Source: Propionibacterium freudenreichii subsp. freudenreichii (lineage in GTDB: Bacteria > Actinomycetota > Actinomycetes > Propionibacteriales > Propionibacteriaceae). From it: 32,000 nt of DNA. The notes beneath the pieces were generated by a model. That model made no database searches. It saw only the letters and a program-made list of their open reading frames with translations, and was not told the DNA's origin. Within the stretch, counting starts at the first letter, position 1. The number at the start of each line of letters is the position of its first letter. Positions 8,550 to 13,669 of the stretch are shown piece by piece. The position numbers were made by a program, and so were the translations under genes. The stretch lies in NCBI RefSeq assembly GCF_000940845.1, contig NZ_CP010341.1, positions 1,350,001-1,382,000 of the forward strand. The letters run 5' to 3'.

Positions 8550-9953
8550 ATGAGTGATGAGAACACGATGCGACCCGGCGATGACGATCCCGGCCAGGAT
8601 CCGCTCAGCGAATTGCTGCGGCGCATGGGACTGAATGTGCCCGCGCAGGGGCTGGACCTCAACGCCATGATGGGCCAGTTCCAACAGGCCATGTCGCAGG
8701 CCGCGGCGCATACTGATTCATCAACGGGCATCGACTGGGATGCGACCAAGCAGGCGGCACGCCACGTGGTCGCATCGCTGGGGCCCGATCCGAGTCCCAC
8801 CCAGACGCAGAGGGCACAGCTGGCCGACGCCGACCGGCTGGCCGAATCGTGGCTTGATCCGGTGACGACCTTTGCCCCAGCCGACGCCCCGGCGGAACCC
8901 TGGAGCAGGGCGCAGTGGGTCGACGACACCATGGATTCCTGGCGAGCGATCGTTGAGCCGATCGTGACGGCGATCGCCGACGCGATGTCGAAGGCGATGG
9001 GCGGTCAGGCGATGGCCGATGCCCCCGAGCTGGCCCAGTTGTCGGGCATGCTCGGCCCGATCCTTCGTGGCGCGGCCGGGCAGATGTATGCCGCCCAGCT
9101 GTCCGAGGCGATCGGCAAGGTCGCGGCCGATGTGCTCACCGGTGCCGAGTTGGGCGTCCAACTGCTGAGCAAGCCCCGCGTGGTGGTGCTGCCCACCAAC
9201 GCCAATGCCTTCGTGCGTGGCCTTGAGCTGCCCGACGAGGACGTGCTCATGTACCTGACGCTGCGCGAGGCCGCCCGTCAGCGCCTGTTCGCCCGCGTCA
9301 CGTGGCTCGGCCCGCAGCTCCTGGCGTTGATCGAGCACTATGCGCGCGGCATCACGATTGACATGGCGGCACTGGGCGAGGTGATCGATCCCGATTCGAT
9401 GGCCGGGCTGACTCCCGACAAGTTGCAGGAGTTGTCCAAGCAGCTCCAGGGACGCCTGTTCACCCCCACCCGCACTCCGGAGCAGGAGGAGGTGCTGGGA
9501 CGGCTGGAGACGCTCCTGGCACTGGTTGAGGGCTGGGTCGACACGGTCGCCCATGAGGCTGCCGCGAGCTGGCTCAGCCACGAGGAAGCACTCATGGAGG
9601 TCATCCGCCGACGCCGGGCAACCGGCGGGCCGACGGAGAAGATGTTCGGCTCCCTGGTCGGCCTGGAACTGCGTCCGCGCCGGGTGCGCGATGCCCAGCG
9701 GCTGTGGCAGGCCGTGCAGGCGGCCCGCGGCCCCGAGGGTCGCGACGCGGTGTGGGCCCACCCTGACCTGATTCCCACGACAGCCGACCTGGACGATCCG
9801 ATCGGGTTCAGCAGCGGGGAGCGCGACGAGGACCAGACCCGCGACTGGGATGACGATCTGGCCCGCCTGCTCGAGCAGGACAGGCATGACGACGGCCCGG
9901 CTGATCCGGATTCCCGGGGAAGCGGCGATACGCCGGGCCCGACCGACCACTAG
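8550..9953 (+). CDS. DUF2342 / zincin-like 'zinc-dependent metalloprotease' family protein (Rv3195-like)
   Basis: Track ORF 8490..9953 is trimmed to ATG 8550 (MSDENTMRPGDDDPG), with GAGGAG 7 nt upstream. Its size, its divergent position next to the PDZ/Lon-like gene and its overall sequence character match the conserved actinobacterial family. Family assignment is from memory. Confidence 0.7.
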   Translation: MSDENTMRPGDDDPGQDPLSELLRRMGLNVPAQGLDLNAMMGQFQQAMSQAAAHTDSSTGIDWDATKQAARHVVASLGPDPSPTQTQRAQLADADRLAESWLDPVTTFAPADAPAEPWSRAQWVDDTMDSWRAIVEPIVTAIADAMSKAMGGQAMADAPELAQLSGMLGPILRGAAGQMYAAQLSEAIGKVAADVLTGAELGVQLLSKPRVVVLPTNANAFVRGLELPDEDVLMYLTLREAARQRLFARVTWLGPQLLALIEHYARGITIDMAALGEVIDPDSMAGLTPDKLQELSKQLQGRLFTPTRTPEQEEVLGRLETLLALVEGWVDTVAHEAAASWLSHEEALMEVIRRRRATGGPTEKMFGSLVGLELRPRRVRDAQRLWQAVQAARGPEGRDAVWAHPDLIPTTADLDDPIGFSSGERDEDQTRDWDDDLARLLEQDRHDDGPADPDSRGSGDTPGPTDH

Positions 9954-9954
9954 G
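9949..9954. repeat. Left copy of the 6-bp target-site duplication ACTAGG
   Basis: ACTAGG directly abuts the IS end at 9955 and is repeated at 11048-11053. It fits the NCTAGN target preference known for IS481-type elements. Confidence 0.7.
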
Positions 9955-10951
9955 TGTACTTCCCCGTGACGTTGTGAACGCGGGCTGAGGGAGTCTGGCC
10001 GCCGATCCCGGTGTGGGGTCTGTGGTGATTGTAGTGATGGAGCCAGGTCTCGTAGGCTGCGGCGCGCTCGGCTTCGCTGGCGTAGGGCTTCGCGTAGGCC
10101 CACTCGACGGCGAGGGTTCGGTTGAACCGCTCGACCTTGCCGTTGGTCTGCGGCCGGTATGGCCGGGTCCACTTGTGCTTCACCTCGTCGCCGAGCGCGT
10201 CAGCGAAGGCGCCTGACCGGTAGCAGGAACCGTTGTCGGTCATCACCGCGGTGACTGTGACGCCCAGGCCTGCGAAGAACGCGTTCGCGCGGGTCCAGAA
10301 CCCCGCTGCGGTCTCTTTGCGCTCGTCGTCAAGGATCTCTGAGTACGCGATCCGGGAGTGGTCGTCCACGGCGTGGTGCAGATACCGGTAGCCGCGAGAG
10401 CCGGCTGCCCCGGCACGGGCTGCCTTGTCGCGGGCCACTCCCGCGTGACGGTCCTGCATGGATCCGCGACCGTGGGCACGCCACCCGCCGCCGTCGGGGA
10501 TCCGGCCTTGTTTCTTGATATCTACGTGCACGAGCTGGCCCGGCGCGGCGACCTCGTACCGTGTCGGCTTCGGGCGGCGAACCGGCAGCCCGGTGGCCTG
10601 GTCGATGTTGATCAGCTTCGGCATCTTGTATCGGGCGAGCACCCGACCGACCGTGGAACGGTGCAACCGCAGGTGATACGCGATCCGGTGCGGACCCCAC
10701 CGGCGAGTGAACCGCAACGCGACGATCCGATGCTCCGTCTTACGCGAAAGCCGGTTCGGTGACGAGGTGGGCCTCGAACTACGGTCGATCAACGGCAGCC
10801 CTGCCCGGTACCTGTCGGCCCACCGCTTCACCGTCGCGGGCGAGCACTGGAACCGTTCCGCCGCCCGCCGCAACGACCAGCCCTGTTCCACGACGAGAAC
10901 AGCAAGACGACGACGCCCTTCCGGTGTCAAGGGTGCGTTAGCGTGAGTCAC
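9950..10951 (-). CDS. IS481-family DDE (rve/integrase-core) transposase
   Basis: N-terminal HTH region (LTPEGRRRLAVLVVEQGWSLRRAAERFQCSPATVKRWADRY). DDE core (LVHVDIKK..., VMTDNGSCYRS, RPYRPQTNGKVERFNRTL). Track ORF 9950..10993 is trimmed to GTG 10951, preceded by GGAGG. The TAG stop (9952-9950) lies outside the IS end, in the target duplication. Confidence 0.9.
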   Translation of the reverse strand: MTHANAPLTPEGRRRLAVLVVEQGWSLRRAAERFQCSPATVKRWADRYRAGLPLIDRSSRPTSSPNRLSRKTEHRIVALRFTRRWGPHRIAYHLRLHRSTVGRVLARYKMPKLINIDQATGLPVRRPKPTRYEVAAPGQLVHVDIKKQGRIPDGGGWRAHGRGSMQDRHAGVARDKAARAGAAGSRGYRYLHHAVDDHSRIAYSEILDDERKETAAGFWTRANAFFAGLGVTVTAVMTDNGSCYRSGAFADALGDEVKHKWTRPYRPQTNGKVERFNRTLAVEWAYAKPYASEAERAAAYETWLHHYNHHRPHTGIGGQTPSARVHNVTGKYT

Positions 10952-11047
10952 GAAGACCTCCGTGGTCAGGAGAGTGAGTGTGGTAACCCACATCCTGCCC
11001 GGAGGTCTTCGCTACCTCACCCGTTCACAACCTCCCGGGGAAGTACA
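9955..11047 (-). mobile_element. IS481-family insertion sequence, 1093 bp, apparently intact
   Basis: Terminal inverted repeats: 9955-9980 tgtacttccccgtgacgttgtgaacg versus the reverse complement of 11022-11047 tgtacttccccgggaggttgtgaacg (24/26 identical). It carries a single DDE transposase ORF and is flanked by ACTAGG direct repeats. Confidence 0.85.
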
Positions 11048-11053
11048 ACTAGG
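11048..11053. repeat. Right copy of the 6-bp target-site duplication ACTAGG
   Basis: Identical to 9949-9954 and immediately follows the right IR end (…aagtaca, 11047). Confidence 0.7.
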
Positions 11054-11083
11054 CCAGAACTCGCCACCGGGTGCGCCCGGGGT

Positions 11084-11731
11084 TCAGTCTCCGGATGTCT
11101 GCGACATCTCGGAGGCGCTCCACCCCTCGAGGAAGCCACGTGCCCGCTCAGCCCGCTCGTAGTGCGCCAGGAGCTCATGGAACGCCGACGAGTGGTCCGG
11201 GTGCAGCAGGTGCACGAGCTCGTGGAGCAGCACATAGTCGATCACCCACGTTGGCATCGCCCGTAACCGGTCCGACAGCCGGATGGTGCCGTCGGCCGGG
11301 GTGCAGGATCCCCACCGGGAGCGCTGATTGGAGACCCACCGCACCGAGCTCGGGCGGGCACGGCCCTGCAGGTAACGCACCGACAGGGTGTCGGCACGGC
11401 GCGCCAGGTCGTCGTCACCGGCAAGCGGACCACGCGACGGTGTCCGGGCGGCCACCTTCGTCACCATCTGCGCGACCCAGTGCTCCTGCTCGGCATGGTT
11501 CATGCGGGCCGGGAGCATCACGACGATGCGATCACCCTCTCGCCGGGCTGCCACGGTCCGGCGCCGGCGTTCGCTACGACGCACCACCACCTGGTGGACG
11601 CCCTCGGGCAGCTCCACGCCGGCCGGCGGCGGTACCACCATGTCTGCGCGGCACCCGGTGCCATGGACGGACTGGGTGCCATGGGCGGACTGGGTGCCAT
11701 GGGCAGCGGGCACGGCCTTGCTGGGATGCAC
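11084..11731 (-). CDS. DUF45 / YgjP-like (M48-related, SprT-like) metal-dependent hydrolase
   Basis: YVLLHELVHLLHPDHS contains HExxH. WGSCTPADGTIRLSDRL is typical of DUF45. The start is uncertain. GTG 11731 has a TACTCT hexamer 6 nt upstream (11743-11738, minus strand), which is leaderless geometry. The alternative ATG 11641 (MVVPPPAGVELPEG) would leave out the N-terminal repeat region. Confidence 0.8.
   Translation of the reverse strand: MHPSKAVPAAHGTQSAHGTQSVHGTGCRADMVVPPPAGVELPEGVHQVVVRRSERRRRTVAARREGDRIVVMLPARMNHAEQEHWVAQMVTKVAARTPSRGPLAGDDDLARRADTLSVRYLQGRARPSSVRWVSNQRSRWGSCTPADGTIRLSDRLRAMPTWVIDYVLLHELVHLLHPDHSSAFHELLAHYERAERARGFLEGWSASEMSQTSGD
11657..11704. repeat. 18-bp tandem repeat, about 2.7 copies
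   Basis: Three units: ggtgccatggacggactg (11657-11674), ggtgccatgggcggactg (11675-11692) and ggtgccatgggc (11693-11704). In the minus-strand frame of the DUF45 ORF they read AHGTQS-AHGTQS-VHGT. Confidence 0.8.
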
Positions 11732-11859
11732 CGCTCAAGAGTAGCCACGCCCGGCGCACCAACTCCATGGCCTGCCGGCTCGACACCACGTCGAGCCGTG
11801 GCACGCACCGGGGCCCCACCCGGGGACCAACTGCCGGCTGACAAGGCGCGCAGGGCAGG

Positions 11860-11889
11860 TTGACGATCGTCGCACCACACCGTTAGATT
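11860..11889 (+). promoter_or_regulatory. Consensus-like housekeeping-sigma promoter: TTGACG-N18-TAGATT (or N17-TTAGAT)
   Basis: TTGACG at 11860-11865 and TAGATT at 11884-11889. The predicted TSS is about 11896, and the transcript would begin directly with a long hairpin. No annotated gene lies within 270 nt downstream except the DUF5679 gene. Confidence 0.45.
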
Positions 11890-12167
11890 GTTGGTGAAGC
11901 CCCCGGTTTCAGCCATATGCAGGGGAAGGCATTTGGCGGATCCGGGGGTTTCCTCTGTCCTGGGGGCGTGTGGCCCGGGTGTCAACGCGGACGACGCATA
12001 CCGCGTTCCCGAACCGTTATCAGCCGACCTGATCGGCCCGCCGGGGGCCTTCCCCGGGTGCCGTGAACCCGATCCGCTTCCCCCGTGTGACTAGAGTTGT
12101 GCTGAACGCAGGCCTCAATGTTCCTCGGAGCATGACGGCCCCAGTCAACTTTTTGGGAGGAACAACT

Positions 12168-12329
12168 GTGGCAGAAGAGACTTATGAAGGTGAGTTCTAC
12201 TGTGTGAAGTGCAAGGCCAAGCGTGAGGCCAAGGGCAATGTCGTGGTGAACGCCAAGGGCACCCGCATGGCCAAGGCCAAGTGCCCGGTGTGTGGCACCA
12301 ACCTGAACCGAATCCTCGGCAAGGCCTGA
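12168..12329 (+). CDS. Small Lys-rich zinc-ribbon protein (DUF5679-like), 53 aa
   Basis: Track ORF 12063..12329 is trimmed to GTG 12168, with GGGAGG at 12155-12160 (7-nt spacing). The product is VAEETYEGEFYCVKCKAKREAKGNVVVNAKGTRMAKAKCPVCGTNLNRILGKA, with two CxxC pairs. A strong terminator follows. Confidence 0.8.
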   Translation: MAEETYEGEFYCVKCKAKREAKGNVVVNAKGTRMAKAKCPVCGTNLNRILGKA

Positions 12330-12347
12330 TTCACACTTCCCTACTTC

Positions 12348-12394
12348 GAACGGGCCTCCCGGCATCAAGATGCCGGGAGGCCCGTTCTCTTGTT
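12348..12394 (+). terminator. Rho-independent terminator
   Basis: Perfect 18-bp stem: gaacgggcctcccggcat (12348-12365) and atgccgggaggcccgttc (12370-12387). The loop is caag, followed by the T-rich tctcttgtt. Confidence 0.85.
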
Positions 12395-12420
12395 CCCCGT
12401 GTGGTCCGGGGATCGTGCGG

Positions 12421-12520
12421 GCCCGCATGGCGGTTGTGCGGTCGGCATGCGGTGTTGTCCCGGGCCCGGCTGAGGTCGGCATGCGGTGTTGTCCCGGACC
12501 GGCATCGTGTCGTCCCGACA
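12421..12520. repeat. Degenerate direct-repeat array (core GCATGCGGTGTTGTCCCGG), including two perfect 24-bp copies
   Basis: The perfect copies ggtcggcatgcggtgttgtcccgg lie at 12440-12463 and 12474-12497. Degenerate relatives lie at about 12425-12440 (gcatggcggttgtgcg) and about 12499-12518 (ccggcatcgtgtcgtcccga). The spacings between GCAT cores are irregular: 20, 34 and 23 bp. Confidence 0.7.
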
Positions 12521-12587
12521 CCCGTCGGTGTGGTCCGTTCCCGCCACATGGCTGATCGGCCCTCCCCCGGCTGCCATAGTCCATGCC

Positions 12588-13613
12588 ATGACCCCCGCAC
12601 CCGACCGTCGGACCGCTCCACCGCCCCGTCAGGACTCGGCTCCCACACTGCGACTCGTCACCGCCCCCGTCGCACCGCCGCCTCCCGCCGGGCTGCGACT
12701 GGTGGGCTGCCGGGTGGAGGAGCTGGCCGGCGATCACTACGTGCTGGTGGGCGACGCCGACGCGGCCGTCGAGCTGCGGGGGCCCGGAGCAGTCGTCCTG
12801 GCAGGGGCGGTCAGCACACTGGCCGGCACCGGCGATATGTCGGCAGCGCGAGCAGGGCTCTCCGCCGACGACGATCGAGCCTTCCGGGCGCTGTTGGACG
12901 AGCTGCGAGCTCACGGCCTGGCAACCGTGGACCCCTGTGGGCCCGGTCGGGGCATCCGCGTGGGCCTGGTCGGGGAAGGACCACTTGCCAAGGCATTGAC
13001 GCCCGTCGTGGCCGCCCTGGGTGACCTCACACTGTTCGGTGAGTGCCTGCCACCCGTTGCCAGCAGGCAGCCGCTCAGCACCCGTCGGAAGCGGGCCAAG
13101 GAGCCGCGACCCCTCCACTGGACGCAGTCCGGTGAGCAGGGACTGGATCTCGTGATCATCGCCACCACGCGACGTGAACCCGATCCGGCGTTGGGCTGGC
13201 TGCTCGCACGGGCCGCCACCCCGCACCTGTCGGTCACCGCGCACCGGGGACAGACCATCGTCTCGGGCATCTCTGTCCCGGGGGTGACCGCCTGCATGCT
13301 CTGCGCCGGGTCAGCGGGCGGCTCGAGGCCGCTGAAGGCCTGGCGGGCGGCGGCACCCGCCGAACCGGACGACTCCGACCTCGCGTGGGCCGCCAGTCAG
13401 GTCCGCCGGGCGGTCGACACCTTCCGCACCACCCGCACGATCTGGCCGACGCTGCACTCCGACGGTGCTGTCGAGCAGCCCCACATGCCCGATCCCGAGT
13501 GCCCGGCCTGCGGGGCGATGGCTGCCGCTCACCGCCGGCGGCGCCGTGACGGAACGCCAGTCATGGCCCCGGGGTCGTCGTCCTGCCGGAGCACGCGCAC
13601 AGCGGCCGCCTGA
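12588..13613 (+). CDS. Hypothetical protein with an N-terminal PqqD/RRE-like peptide-binding segment and a ThiF/E1-like (TOMM docking/'cyclodehydratase C-protein'-like) fold
   Basis: RRE-like segment: LRLVGCRVEELAGDHYVLVGDADAAVELRGPGAVVLAGAVSTLAGTGDMSAARAGLSADDDRAFRALLDELRAHGLA. Gly-rich Rossmann-like turn: IRVGLVGEGPLAKAL. ThiF-like segment: DLVIIATTRREPDPALGWLLARAATPHLSVTAHRGQTIVSGISVPGVTACMLC, with a second CxxC (ECPACG). Third-position GC is high. The start is uncertain. ATG 12588 has CATAGT 7 nt upstream, but the frame is open from 12474 with GTG 12486 and about 79% GC3 in the extension. Confidence 0.6.
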   Translation: MTPAPDRRTAPPPRQDSAPTLRLVTAPVAPPPPAGLRLVGCRVEELAGDHYVLVGDADAAVELRGPGAVVLAGAVSTLAGTGDMSAARAGLSADDDRAFRALLDELRAHGLATVDPCGPGRGIRVGLVGEGPLAKALTPVVAALGDLTLFGECLPPVASRQPLSTRRKRAKEPRPLHWTQSGEQGLDLVIIATTRREPDPALGWLLARAATPHLSVTAHRGQTIVSGISVPGVTACMLCAGSAGGSRPLKAWRAAAPAEPDDSDLAWAASQVRRAVDTFRTTRTIWPTLHSDGAVEQPHMPDPECPACGAMAAAHRRRRRDGTPVMAPGSSSCRSTRTAAA

Positions 13614-13669
13614 CGGGTCGACCTCCACGAAGTGCGGAGGCTCCGCGCTGGTTCAGTCGCCGGATTCAC

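Noticed and set aside
8721-10172. 483-aa minus-strand ORF opposite the DUF2342 gene
   Set aside because: It crosses the IS boundary and target duplication, so it cannot be an ancestral gene. Its composition is that of a shadow frame.
11888-12094. 68-aa ORF (TTG 11888 / GTG 11894) directly after the TTGACG-N18-TAGATT promoter, considered as a leaderless uORF or precursor peptide
   Set aside because: The candidate starts are only 0-5 nt from the -10 element, which is too close for the expected TSS near 11896. GC3 is about 69% by my count, close to the non-coding level. The sequence coincides with strong RNA hairpins. It is treated as part of a structured leader instead.
11740-12329. Expectation of a whiB7/wblC-type gene in the slot next to uvrD2
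   Set aside because: The only ORF with translation signals encodes a CxxC…CxxC zinc ribbon. It lacks the WhiB Cys spacing, the GVWGG turn and the AT-hook, so it is not a WhiB-like protein.
12421-12520. Repeat array considered as a miniature CRISPR
   Set aside because: There are only two perfect copies. Spacings are irregular and very short (10-bp gaps). No cas genes are present, and the degenerate flanking copies are unlike CRISPR repeats.
11982-13244. 420-aa minus-strand ORF covering the DUF5679 gene, its terminator, the repeats and the ThiF-like gene
   Set aside because: It runs through a perfect 18-bp terminator hairpin and the repeat array, and it lies opposite two better-supported plus-strand genes. 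It has no motifs.
13614-13669. Possible terminator hairpin cctccac-gaa-gtgcggagg between the ThiF-like gene and uvrD2
   Set aside because: The stem is only about 5-7 bp with a mismatch and there is no T-tract. This is too weak to call.
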